A stretch of DNA of 64,000 nucleotides, taken from positions 1,426,001 to 1,490,000 of the forward strand of contig NW_027361688.1 in assembly GCF_039654945.1 (NCBI RefSeq). Direction: 5' to 3'. This DNA is from Dendrobates tinctorius (Eukaryota). Of this stretch, positions 1-14,314 are shown in pieces; the stretch's first letter is position 1, and the number at the start of each line of letters is the position of its first letter. Under the pieces are notes generated by a model. The model searched no databases, was not told the origin of the DNA, and saw only the letters and a program-made list of their open reading frames with translations. The position numbers were made by a program, and so were the translations under genes.

Positions 1-900
1 GGGAGATTTTGAATATCTGCACACTTTTGGACAGTGGACACTTTTGGATTGTGTGAGGCCCACTGTTATCTCAGCGCTATGTGACAGGCTCGATGGCACT
101 GCTGTGACCTAAGTGACTAGAGGATAAGGGAGATTTTGAATATCTGCACACACTTTTGGACACTGGACACTTTTGGATTGTGTGAGGCCCACTGATATCT
201 GAGCGCTATGTGACAGGCTCGATGGCACTGCTGTGACAAAAGTGACTAGAGGATAAGGGAGATTTTGAATATCTGCACACACTTTTGGACACTGGACACT
301 TTTGGATTGTGTGAGGCCCAATGAATATCTGAGCGCTATGTGACAGGCTCGATGGCACAGCTGTGACCAAAGTGACTAGAGGATAAGGGAGATTGGATTG
401 CTTTTAAAAAAGCAGTTTGCGGAGCAGTGGGTAAACAGCAATGCCAGCCTGTCAGGAAGCCTTAAAAGGCAGCCCAACAACCAACACCACTGATACACCA
501 CTATATAGCCTCCCCTTGCACTGCACACACAGTGACTGGTGTGTTGTGCAGGCCAAATTGCTATCAGCAGCAGAAGCAGTTTTTTTTTCTTCTCAGCAGG
601 ACAAAAAAAAAAATTGGGATTGCTTAAGCAGTTTGAGGCCCAATGAATATCTGAGCGCTATGTGACAGGCTCGATGGCGCAGCTGTGACCAAAGTGACTA
701 GAGGATAAGGGAGATTGGATTGCTTTTAAAAAAGCAGTTTGCGGAGCAGTGGGTAAACAGCAATGCCAGCCTGTCAGGAAGCCTTAGAAGGCAGCCCAAC
801 AACCAACACCACTGATACACCACTATATAGCCTCCCCTTGCACTGCACACACAGTGACTGGTGTGTTGTGCAGGCCAAATCGCTAGCAGCAGAAGCAGTT
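1..900. repeat. Internal tandem repeats: about 128-bp units, then an about 322-bp duplication
   Basis: GGGAGATTTTGAATATCTGCAC recurs at 1, 128 and 257. Near-identical ORFs start at 441 and 763. Confidence 0.9.
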
Positions 901-1283
901 TTTTTGTCTTCTTCCCTGCCTAATGCTCTCCCTACAGAATCAGCAGCAACCTCTCCCTATGCTAAGATCGGCAGAAGTAAGATGGCGGTCGGCGTGCACG
1001 CCCTTTTATACCCCCTGTGACGCCCACCAAAGCAAGCCAATCACTTGCATGCCCTTCTGAAAGATGGTGGTGACCCGTGCCTATGTCATCACGTTGCCCA
1101 CAGTGTCCGTGGATCCTGATTGGCTGAAAGAGCGCAAAACAAACTTTTGAAACGCGACTTTGGCGCGTAAGTCGCCGACCTCGTGGCCGACCTCATCCTA
1201 GGGTCGGGTTCCGTTTCATGAAACCCGACTTTGCCAAAAGTCGGCGACTTTTGAATTTTTTCGACCCGTTTCGCTCAACTCTA
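1..1283. mobile_element. Right-hand part of a large hAT-type DNA transposon (runs off the left edge)
   Basis: Ends ...TTTCGCTCAACTCTA at 1283. Its reverse complement TAGAGTTGAGCGA matches the TAGTGTTGAGCGA terminus at 54370. Both share the subterminal palindromes GTTTCATGAAAC and CCGACTTT-CCAAAAGTCGG. It interrupts the Penelope ORF. Confidence 0.7.
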
Positions 1284-1333
1284 GTACTGACTACTACAGG
1301 ATTGTTCATATTATTAAAAAATTCCTCCCTATT

Positions 1334-1969
1334 TTGTATGTTGATGATACATTAAAGAATATACTGAAGGATGGGATCAGATTTGTTTCAAGGAGGAATA
1401 AAACTATTGCTAAGAAGGTATCTCCAAGTGATCATACTAGTGTCAATAGAAATGCTAATAAATTTTTTTCAGACAGTTCAGCAAGTATAACTAATTGGTT
1501 ACTCACTTGTGGATCTTTTAAGTGTGCTCAGAAAAACTGTGGGCTATGTAGGTTTATGTGGAACACAGAAAAAATAGTATCTTCTGTTAATGGAAAGGAA
1601 TTTAAAATAAAATCTTTTTTGAACTGTGGTTCTACTGGTGTGATCTATGTCATAACATGCGTGGATTGTAATATTCAGTATGTGGGAAATACTTCACGTA
1701 CCTTGAGACGTCGTATTTCCGAGCACGTTTATGACGTAGGTCACACTACCACACGCAGTTTGTCTGCTGCTTCTCAACATTTTTTGCATATACATAAAGG
1801 AGATCTTAGCAACTTTAGGGTTAATGCCATAGAGAAGGTGCAGACAAAAAGGGTAGGTGGAAATTTAAATGATTTATTATTACGCCGAGAGGCAAAATGG
1901 ATGTTACTGTTACAAAGCAGGGTTCCAACGGGTATGAACATTAGGAGTGAGATTTTGAGTGTTTTGTAA
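1334..1969 (+). pseudogene. C-terminal GIY-YIG endonuclease part of the Penelope ORF (5'-truncated)
   Basis: GSFKCAQKNCGLC linker, then NC..GVIYVITC..C..QYVGNTSRTLRRRISEH, H-x3-H and LLRREAKW..L.S..P.GMN. Confidence 0.85.
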
Positions 1970-2076
1970 GTGTGATTGTGACTTACTACCTCCCATTAAT
2001 CAGCTGGCTATGTTTAGTCTTGATTGTTCCTTGACTTCCTATGTTTCCCTTTAAAAGCATGTGTTCAGATGTATTA

Positions 2077-2130
2077 TGTGTTGTCTTAGAATAAGGACTG
2101 TTTTTTTGTCCGAAACGCGTCCAACTACAC
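2077..2130 (+). ncRNA. Degenerate minimal hammerhead-ribozyme motif of Penelope type
   Basis: Stem II GGAC...GTCC, then GAAA, palindromic ACGCGT and a GTC triplet, with GTTG/CAAC as stem I. The CUGANGA core is degenerate (TAGAATAA). Confidence 0.4.
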
Positions 2131-2259
2131 GTCCTGATGCGTCTCTTATCATGATGGAGAATCTTATGATTTTTTTAAATTTTGGAATAAAGGAATAAAA
2201 AAATTTTTTTTTAATCTAATTACTGATCTGGATGCTGGAATTTTTTCCATATCAAGCAT

Positions 2260-2470
2260 GATATGGGGGGTATACATCAGGATATGGAGGGTATGTAGCA
2301 CTATATGGGGATATACAGCACTATATTGGGGTATACAGCAAGATATGGAGAGTATATAACACTATAGGGGGGTATACAGTAGGATATGGAGGTATATAGC
2401 GCTATATGGGGGTATACAGCAGGATATGGAGGTATATAGCGCTATATGGGGGTATACAGCAGGATATGGA
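2260..2470. repeat. Short inverted copy of the 41-bp minisatellite
   Basis: About five units of GGGGGTATACAGCAGGATATGGAGGGTATATAGCACTATAT. Confidence 0.85.
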
Positions 2471-3549
2471 ACTGAGTGTGCGGCTCTCAGCGCCTCTGTA
2501 TATATGGAGATAAATGCTATTATGAGGAGTCCGCTTCTTCTCAGTTCTGTTAATCACACTGCTATTATTATACACATAATGTAAATTTCTGGTTATCTAG
2601 AGAGGTAAACAGAAGAATTGCAGGTATTCAGGGTGGTCCTGACAAGCACAATGGATGTGGCCTGTGGGAATACAGAGGACAGAACTTGTTCTTCAAGCTT
2701 GGGGGATGCAGGGAGAAAAGTCCATGTACATGGCTACTTCAGGGAACAAGATGGAGACAACATGGTTTCCTTCACAATCCCGTTCATCCAGTGCTGTGTA
2801 CACAGATTGTGCTGTTGATGCCTCTATGCTTTCCACCCCCATATTGTACTGTTTACCCCCATATAGCGCTGTATAATCCTGATATGCTGTTCTGCCCCAG
2901 ATAGCGTAGTATACCGCCACATAGCTCTGTATACCGACACATGATGTAGTTTACCCTCCATGTAGTGCTGTATAACCCCTAAAAATATAAACTATCACCC
3001 CATATATATGGTTCACTCACCACTACCAGATATTTAAAGGGGTATTCCCAGCTCCAAGATACTATCCAATATGGAGAAGGTAGAATAATAGCATAGTTGC
3101 TAGTGTTGGTAATCATGGATACCTAAGGTTCTGCAATAACTGCACACGAGGAAAGAGAAATAGTAAATCAGAAGAACTATACTATATTTCTAATTGGAGG
3201 TATTTGCTAATATAGGATCTTGGAGATGGAACTACCCCTGTAATCACAGCTCCCAGCCTGACAAGAGCAGATCCACCGCCGCCATCCTGACACCACATGT
3301 TACAGAGAACAAAGAGCAGAAGAAACCATCAGCCCATGTGCACAGCCAATCAGCACTCGGTAGGGCTATGGCTCCGCCCACAGGCAGCTCCAGATTACTC
3401 CCCCCACACCCTCAGTGTTAACCCATTAGTGCCTGCAATGTATCCAGCTGCAGCAGCACAGGCTGCAATCATCCCAGCACAGGACTATCAGCAGCCCCTT
3501 CCCCCTCTCCCTCCCCAGGAGCTGTAGCTTCTCCTCAGAAGATGTGGGT

Positions 3550-3565
3550 GGCTCTTAAAAGAGCC
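3550..3565 (-). promoter_or_regulatory. Histone 3' stem-loop (H4 copy 1)
   Basis: GGCTCT-TTTA-AGAGCC, flanked by CCAAA and ACCCA, followed by purine-rich GAGGAGAAGC. Confidence 0.95.
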
Positions 3566-3597
3566 TTTGGGTTGTCAGGATAGAGAAGAGAATACAA

Positions 3598-4038
<441 letters not shown>

Positions 4039-4939
4039 TTATCAGCCCCGCCCCTTCCTCTGCTGATTGGCCAATCACAGAAATGTTAGTGATTTTGAAT
4101 TTCCCGCTCATTCTTTTGTTCTTTTCCGCTTCTACAGGGATGACACTAACAATAGTCAGAAACCTGATTCCTCTCCCCGGTGACATCCTGCTCGGAGTAA
4201 TTACAATGTGAGAGCCGGACCTACTATATTCTCTCCATCCATAGAGTAACGTATAACCGCCATATACTGCTGTATACCTGTAATATACCACTATATTTCT
4301 CCATGTAGTGCTATAAACCCCCATATTGTGCTTTATACCCTCCATATTGTGCTCTGCTCATTTATCTCAGTGACAGGTTCTGCTGCGATAAACAAGTGAT
4401 CGGCTTCTCAATGACAATGTGAGATTCAGACCTAGAAATAGATCAATCTTTGGGATCTTATTGGCCAGGAGCCTCCACCAATCTGCGGAGCAAAGGGTGT
4501 GTAATATCAGAGGAACGTCAGTGAGAAAGTGCAGAGAGCTCTGATCAGAATGAGGACAAACTGCTGGAAACATCGCTGACTACAAAGAGCCAACAGCCCA
4601 TCTCCACCTACTATCAGCAGAACAATGGACACCAGGCCCCAGCGCTCTGGGAGAGAACCGGATTCAATGAGAGAGGAGCAACCGATCATCTATGGCTGCC
4701 TGCACCTGCTCCTCCACTGTCAGACTATTCCTGATGTTCCCCATCATTCTACATCTCACTACAACCCTCATCTCCCTCTCCATTTTACTATCCTTTAATC
4801 CCCAACCTCTAATGCCAGATACATTAATCTGATCTCTTCCTCCAGCTAACACACGAGGTGTCAGTAAGTGCAGACATTCCCCAGGGAGAGGAGCGAGATA
4901 CAGACACGCAGCCACAGCTCTGCTGTAGACGGGGTGGGT

Positions 4940-4955
4940 GGCTCTTAGAAGAGCC
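4940..4955 (-). promoter_or_regulatory. Histone 3' stem-loop (H2B copy 1)
   Basis: GGCTCT-TCTA-AGAGCC. Confidence 0.95.
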
Positions 4956-4986
4956 TTTGGGTTGTGGGTGCAGTGCACAGAGCAGA

Positions 4987-6090
<1,104 letters not shown>

Positions 6091-6128
6091 GCGCTGTCAC
6101 CGACCCCGTATCATCCACACAACCCAAA

Positions 6129-6144
6129 GGCTCTTCTAAGAGCC
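6129..6144 (+). promoter_or_regulatory. Histone 3' stem-loop (H2A copy 1)
   Basis: GGCTCT-TCTA-AGAGCC, followed by CAGGAGCTG. Confidence 0.95.
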
Positions 6145-6199
6145 ACCCACACCGTCCCCACAGGAGCTGACGCCGCTGATCTCTGGTGTGATCTGTTTT

Positions 6200-7660
6200 T
6201 TGAAAAAAAAAAAAAATTTATTGAAACTTTATTTTAAGATTTTTGTAGGAAAAGAGTAAATTTAGCCATTTTAAATTTTCCACTCATTTATAGATTGTCA
6301 ACCAATATTCTATAATTTAAACTTTTGGTTAAACATTTTCATGTATATAATAAAGTGTAAAAGCTCACAAACTAACAGACCGATACAAAATAAAAAAGGG
6401 GGTATGATATAGAATGTTGTGATCTAGTTATATCCATCTCATAGAGGTCATATATTTACCATGACCCAAAAGCCGTCCCAAGGAAACCAAATTAGGTTAA
6501 ATCTCTACAGTATTGTCATTAGGTGCTCCCTAGTACGCAAGATTCCTGATATCCTTGATGCGAGACTATAGATCTAGTGGGAAGGGGGAGAGGTTTGCTT
6601 CCAGTGGTGAGCAATAAACAGCCGGCTGCTGTCAGCATATGTAAAAGCAATCTAATGGATCTCTTAGATATGGACTCGGAAAAATTTAATAGGAATAGCT
6701 AAAGATCTAGAGGGACCTCTCCAAAAACGTGCTTAGTGGGGAGTTGGACTTTCACCCAAAATGGTTTAATCAAAGGGCAGTACCGAAAAGTAGAAGCTTT
6801 AGGTAGGGGGTGCCTGCAAGCAAAGTGGAGGAATAGATGAAGCAAAGATGAAGGATTTTGGACCGATTTTCTTTGTATGAATTAAAAGATGCAGTCTTAG
6901 CTACTTGGGTCCAAACATTTCTCCACTCCATCTTACATGTTCCTCCCATCTGAGCATATAAGTGTCTAGTTACAGCAGGGGTGGGGAACCTCAGGCCCCA
7001 GGGCCATTTACGGCCCCTGATAACCTTTTATCCGGCCCCCGGGCAGATTCTTAGGGACTGTAGTGCTTTGGCAGGGAGCTGTATTTTGACTGCAACCAGC
7101 TCCTTAATTTCTTCTTGCTCTGTGAGCATACACACGCAGTATTCACTCCTGAACAATGAAGGGCATGCAATGAAAGATTACGTCCTGACACCAGTGCCAG
7201 AGTCAGGATGTAATTTGTGGGCGGAGTTTGTACGGCCCCCCCGGCAGAAAAAAAGATTCCTCACCCCTGAGTTACAGAATCTGTGTCTGGAGTCTAACAC
7301 ATTGTAAATACTAAACCTTTTGTTGTTGAAGTATTGTTCCATGGTCTCTCGAAAGGAGTAGACGCCTGTAGACTGTGGAATAATTATAAGGCAAAGTGCC
7401 TAATCTTAATGTAGTGGAATAATGAAAGACAATGGAGAGAGAACTTTGTCCGCGAAGTTAAACCAGACTGAGTCCACACCCCTGTCATTGAGTGGCCTAG
7501 ACTTGTAGGGAAATGCAGATGGAAAAGGAAGGAAGTAAGACTGGAGTTAGGTGATGAAAGATTGAAATTTTTTTGAGAAGATCCTCTATAAATTTCTAGC
7601 ACGCATCAGTGGGCCTAATAGGTCTATTGAAGGACGACTGTGAGCCCCATTCCAGTTTAG
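6200..7660 (-). mobile_element. Decayed 3' fragment of an L1/Tx1-type LINE
   Basis: Minus-strand peptide remnants EWRNVWTQVAK, CPLIKPFW and LLLHMLTAA/LFIAHHWKQTSPP resemble an L1 ORF2 C-terminus. AATAAA and an A/T tract lie near 6200-6225. Confidence 0.6.
6976..7269. mobile_element. hAT (Charlie-like) MITE
   Basis: TIRs CAGGGGTGGGGAACCT and AGATTCCTCACCCCTG, with a perfect 8-bp TSD AGTTACAG (6968-6975, 7270-7277). Confidence 0.9.
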
Positions 7661-7785
7661 GAAATTGGAGAATTAGGGAAACCAGAGAACCTGGGGGAGA
7701 ACATACAAACTCCTTGCAGATGTTGTCCTTGGTGGGATTTGAACAGTGGGTCTCCTCAAAACATTCCAAAGCCATAGTGATATTT

Positions 7786-7866
7786 TTAGATTGTGAGCCC
7801 CATCGGGGACAGCGATGACAATGTCTGTAAAGCGCTGTGGAATTAACGGCGCTATATAAATAAGTA
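7786..7866 (+). mobile_element. Very short L2-type 3' tail
   Basis: TAGATTGTGAGCCC...TGTAAAGCGC...GGCGCTATATAAATAA, the same motifs as the L2 tail at about 26845-26990. Confidence 0.55.
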
Positions 7867-8433
7867 AAAAATTAATATTTAGTCGTCTACCTACATATAG
7901 AACTCTACACAGCAATGTAATGCGGTTTACCCCGATACACTACTGATTATATGGGTCCTAGCGCTGCCTGTTCTGCTGATGAAAGGCTGAGCTGTTAGCG
8001 CTCAATGCCCAGACCCACTTTTAGTACTGATGTTGCATTAACCCTTTTTGCTCCTGAGACTGATGGATGCGCATGTCTGTTATAGTGATGCGCGAACGTG
8101 CTCGAAAAATAGGTTAGAGTCCTAGCGGCTACATGTCTCACGCCTGTTAGGCAGTCCCTACATGTGTTCCAGCTGTATAACAGGTGTGAGACAAGTAGAC
8201 CCATAGACTGGAACATATGTTTCAAGCACACTGAAGACACCGTTAGCACATGATCATGCTCCCGTAACGCCTTATCCGAGCACATTTGCTCATTACTTAT
8301 AAACTAAGTTGTGATTTATTTCCATAAGGGAAACTCACTTAACTTGAGATAACCCATCGGCACATATTACCGCAAGGATCCGGTGCAGGATCCGGATAGT
8401 TTAGGCATTGGCTCCTTAGTGGGGGAATTTGGT

Positions 8434-8449
8434 GGCTCTGGGAAGAGCC
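8434..8449 (-). promoter_or_regulatory. Histone 3' stem-loop (H3) with variant loop
   Basis: GGCTCT-TCCC-AGAGCC, followed by AAGGAGCC. Confidence 0.9.
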
Positions 8450-8479
8450 TTTGTGTTGTCTTCAGTGCCCGGGGCGGAT

Positions 8480-8944
<465 letters not shown>

Positions 8945-9224
8945 TTATACTCATGGGATTGTTCTCATTGGTTTATGTGAATCACGCCCCTTACACTTCA
9001 TTGGCTGTGTGCAACCAATCATTAAGCAGAAGAAGCTCAGCACAACTCCCAGTAATCTCGTTGTTCCCTCCTCCATGAAGTGCTGCTGGGTATCCGCAGT
9101 TCACACTGGTCACAGGCTGCCATAATGCAGGAGAGGGTCACATCATGTCTACACTGGTCACACAGCTCTGCCGGGACAAGGTGGTGGCAGTGAATGCTTT
9201 GTGGGAGGATGGGGCAGCTAAATC

Positions 9225-9645
9225 TTATTTCTCGGCAGGGACTTCTTGTCTTTAGCTATCTTCTTAGTCGGACTCTTCGTCATCTTCAGCTTCGGGGGTT
9301 ATTTGGCTTCTCAGTGACTTTCTTGGATTTTTTCGGGCTCTTCCTGAGATTAGAGATTCGCCCACTTTCTTGCCTGCTGGTTTCTCAGGGTTGTCCGCAT
9401 CCATTGTCAGCTTGAAGGATCTGGAGGCGCTGCTGCCCGTCAGCTGGAGCCCAGTGCCCTTGGTGACCGGAGGCTTGATGGTTCAGGCGGCTGTTACGCT
9501 TCTCTACATCCCATCCTTCAGGAGCCGGAGCCTTCTTCAGGGCAACTAGAGCTGCAGCGCTATGTATATATCCATTGTGTGCAGAGTATGGGGGGCAGTG
9601 TTCACATCTGGGGTCACAGGAAACACAACCTTTGATGATTAAGCT
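9225..9645 (-). pseudogene. H1: Linker histone H1 pseudogene
   Basis: Minus-strand remnants LIIK, VALKKAPAPEGWDVEKRNSRL, then a frameshift, IKPPVTKGTGLQLTGSSASRSFKL and KSPKKSKK. These match the H1 globular domain and tail. No intact ORF, and the stem-loop is decayed. Confidence 0.85.
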
Positions 9646-10132
9646 AAAATATCATATAACCCCAGAATCCCACTGCTATGTCATGTACCCCCATATAGTG
9701 CTGTGATCCTCAGTATTGTGCTATATACCCTCTGTATAGTTCTATACACAACATATAGTTCTGTATACATCCAGCGCAGCGCTTCATACCCTCCAAATTG
9801 TGCCGTATACATCCGTATAGAGCAGAAATCCTCCTTGTAGTGCTATAGACTGATGCTGATACTAAAATACTGCGGTTTTGTCCACTTACAGAGGAACGAA
9901 AATCCAGCGAGGCTGCAGGTGTGTACGATAACATCCACATTTATTATAGAAAAATAAACTAAAAGTGCCTGTCAGCTCCAGTGTGACTGAGACCGGCGCA
10001 TCTCACCTCTCTGGCGCCTCACTCATGGGCACTTAGGTCTCGGTCACATTGGAGCGGCCATGGACTTCTAAAGGATCCTTGCTGCAACGTGGGTGAGTGG
10101 ACGCTCCTTCCCCGTTCATGGTCTTATCCTCA

Positions 10133-11800
10133 TGTCACCCCCCATGTGGTGCTGTATATCGCCATATAGTGTCACCCCCCATGTGCTGCTGTATATCGCC
10201 ATATAGTGTCACCCCCCATGTGCTGCTGTATATCGCCATAGTGTCACCCCCCATGTGGTGCTGTATATCGCCATATAGTGTCACCCCCCATGTGGTGCTG
10301 TATATCGCCATATAGTGTCACCCATGTGGTTCTGTATGTCGCCATATAGTGTCACCCCCCATGTGGTTCTGTATGTCGTCATATAGTGTCACCCCCCCAT
10401 GTGGTGCTGTATGTCGCCATATAGTGTCACCCCCCATGTGGTGCTGTATATCGCCATATAGTGTCACCCACCATGTGGTGCTGTATATCGCCATATAGTG
10501 TCACCCCCCCATGTGGTGCTGTATATCGCCATATAGTGTCACCCTCCCATGTGGTGCTGTATATCGCCATATAGTGTCACCCCCCCATGTGGTGCTGTAT
10601 ATCGCCATATAGTGCCACCCCCATGTGGTGCTGTATATCGCCATATAGTGTCACCCCCCATGTGGTGCTGTATATCGCCATATAGTGTCACCCCCATGTG
10701 GTGCTGTATGTCGCCATATAGTGTCACCCCCCATGTGGTGCTGTATATCGCCATATAGTGTCACTCCCCATGTGGTGCTGTATATCGGCATATAGTGCCA
10801 CCCACATGTGGTGCTGTATATCTCCATATAGTGTCACCCCCCATGTGGTGCTGTATGTCGCCATATAGTGTCACCCCCCCATGTGGTGCTGTATATCGCC
10901 ATATAGTGTCACCCCCCTATGTGGTGCTGTATATCGCCATATAGTGTCACCCCCCGTGTGGTGCTGTATATCGCCATATAGTGTCACCCCCCCATGTGGT
11001 GCTGTATATCGCCATATAGTGTCACCCCCCCATGTGGTGCTGTATATCGCCATATAGTGTCACCCCCCCATGTGATGCTGTATATCGCCATATAGTGTCA
11101 CCCCCCCATGTGGTGCTGTATATCGCCATATAGTGTCACCCCCATATGGTGCTGTATGTCGCCATATAGTGTCACCCCCCATGTGGTGCTGTATATCGGC
11201 ATATAGTGCCACCCACATGTGGTGCTGTATATCTCCATATAGTGTCACCCCCCATGTGGTGCTGTATGTCGCCATATAGTGTCACCCCCCCATGTGGTGC
11301 TGTATATCGCCATATAGTGTCACCCCCCTATGTGGTGCTGTATATCGCCATATAGTGTCACCCCCCGTGTGGTGCTGTATATCGCCATATAGTGTCACCC
11401 CCCCATGTGGTGCTGTATATCGCCATATAGTGTCACCCCCCCATGTGGTGCTGTATATCGCCATATAGTGTCACCCCCCCATGTGATGCTGTATATCGCC
11501 ATATAGTGTCACCCCCCCATGTGGTGCTGTATATCGCCATATAGTGTCACCCCCCTATGTGGTGCTGTATATCGCCATATAGTGTCACCCCCGTGTGGTG
11601 CTGTATATCGCCATATAGTGTCACCCCCGTGTGGTGCTGTATATCGCCATATAGTGTCACCCTCCCATGTGGTGCTGTATATCGCCATATAGTGTCACCC
11701 CCCATGTGGCGCTGCATATCACCATAGTGTCACCCTCCCATGTGGCGCTGCATATCGCCATATAGTGTCACCCTCCCATGTGACGCTGTATATCTCCATA
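10133..11800. repeat. Minisatellite with a 37-40-bp unit
   Basis: GTCACCCCCCATGTGGTGCTGTATATCGCCATATAGT repeated about 40 times with a variable C-run. Confidence 0.97.
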
Positions 11801-11894
11801 TCCGACACTGGGGGGCGCTATTCACTTTCTCCACAGTGCTGTGAATTAGCGGCGCTGTGGTTTTAGCATAGTTAAATACCGCTGTTAAAAGGCG
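11801..11894. mobile_element. Remnant of the right subterminal end of the piggyBac-like element
   Basis: Near-identical to 28230-28323. Confidence 0.85.
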
Positions 11895-12619
11895 TTGGGG
11901 ATTAAAGGATAGTAAAATGGAGATGGAGATGAGGGTTGTAGTGAGATGTAGAATGATGGGGAACATCAGGAATAGTCTGACAGTGGAGGAGCAGGTGCAG
12001 GCAGCCATAAATGATCGGTTGCTCCTCTCTCATTGAATCCGGTTCTCTCCCAGAGCGCTGGGGCCTGGTGTCCATTGTTCTGCTGATAGTAGGTGGAGAT
12101 GGGCTGTTGGCTCTTTGTAGTCAGCGATGTTTCCAGCAGTTTGTCCTCATTCTGATCAGAGCTCTCTGCACTTTCTCACTGACGTTCCTCTGATATTACA
12201 CACCCTTTGCTCTGCTGATTGGTGGAGGCTCCTGGCCAATAAGATCCCAAAGATCTATTTCTAGGTCTGAATCTCACATTGTCATTGAGAAGCCGATCAC
12301 TTGTTTATCGCAGCAGAACCTGTCACTGAGATAAATGAGCAGAGCACAATATGGAGGGTATAAAGCACAATATGGGGGTTTATAGCACTACATGGAGAAA
12401 TATAGTGGTATATTACAGGTATACAGCAGTATATGGCGGTTATACACTACTCTATGGATGGAGAGAATATAGCAGGTCCGGCTCTCGCATTGTAATTACT
12501 CCGAGCAGGATGTCACCGGGGAGAGGAATCAGGTTTCTGACTATTTTTAGTGTCATCCCTGTAGAAGCAGGAAAAGAACAAAACAATGAGCGGGAAATTC
12601 AAAATCACTAACATTTCTG

Positions 12620-13099
<480 letters not shown>

Positions 13100-14314
13100 T
13101 TGTATTCTCTTCTCTATCCTGACAACCCAAAGGCTCTTTTAAGAGCCACCCACATCTTCTGAGGAGAAGCTACAGCTCCTGGGGAGGGAGAGGGGGAAGG
13201 GGCTGCTGATAGTCCTGTGCTGGGATGACTGCAGCCTGTGCTGCTGCAGCTGGATACATTGCAGGCACTAATGGGTTAACACTGAGGGGGGGGAGTAATC
13301 TGGAGCTGCCTGTGGGCGGAGCCATAGCCCTACTGAGTGCTGATTGGCTGTGCACATGGGCTGATGGTTTCTTCTGCTCTTTCTTCTCTGTAACATGTGG
13401 TGTCAGGATGGCGGCGGTGGATCTGCTCTTGTCAGGCTGGGAGCTGTGATTACAGGGGTAGTTCCATCTCCAAGATCCTACATTAGCAAATACCTCAAAT
13501 TAGAAATATAGTTCTTCTAATTTACTATTTCTCTTTCTTCGTGTGCATTTATTGCAGAACCTTAGGTATCCATGATTACCAACACTAGCAACTATGTAAC
13601 ATGGATACCTAAGGTCCTGCAATGATTGCACTTGAGGAAAGAGACAACAAATCCGAAAAACTATACTATATTTCTAATTTGAGGTATTTGCTATTATTAT
13701 TCTACCTTCTCCATATTGGATAGTATCTTGGAGCTGGGAATACCCCTTTAAATATCTGGTAGTGGTGAGTGAACCATATATATGGGGTGATAGTTTATAT
13801 TTTTAGGGGTTATACAGCACTACATGGAGGGTAAACTACATCATGTGTCAGTATACAGAGCTATGTGGCGGTATACTACGCTATCTGGGGCAGAACAGCA
13901 TATCAGGATTATACAGCGCTATATGGGGGTAAACAGTACAATATGGGGGTGGAAAGCATAGAGGCATCAACAGCACAATCTGTGTATACAGCACTGGATG
14001 AACGGGATTGTGAAGGAAACCATGTTGTCTCCATCTTGTTCCCTGAAGTAGCCATGTACATGGACTTTTCTCCCTGCATCCCCCAAGCTTGAAGAACAAG
14101 TTCTGTCCTCTGTATTCCCACAGGCCACATCCATTGTGCTTGTCAGGACCACCCTGAATACCTGCAATTCTTCTGTTTACCTCTCTAGATAACCAGAAAT
14201 TTACATTATGTGTATAATAATAGCAGTGTGATTAACAGAACTGAGAAGAAGCGGACTCCTCATAATAGCATTTATCTCCATATATACAGAGGCGCTGGGA
14301 GCCGCACACTCAGT

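Larger units (their letters stand above)
1284..2250 (+). mobile_element. 3' fragment of a Penelope-like retroelement (Neptune-like, with Cys-rich linker)
   Basis: GIY-YIG ORF followed by an AT-rich 3' region containing a hammerhead-like CGAAACGCGTC motif and AATAAA signals. Confidence 0.8.

Noticed and set aside
10097-11464. Repetitive ORFs and a CRISPR-like periodic appearance
   Set aside because: Head-to-tail minisatellite with no unique spacers, in eukaryotic DNA. The ORFs are translations of the repeat.
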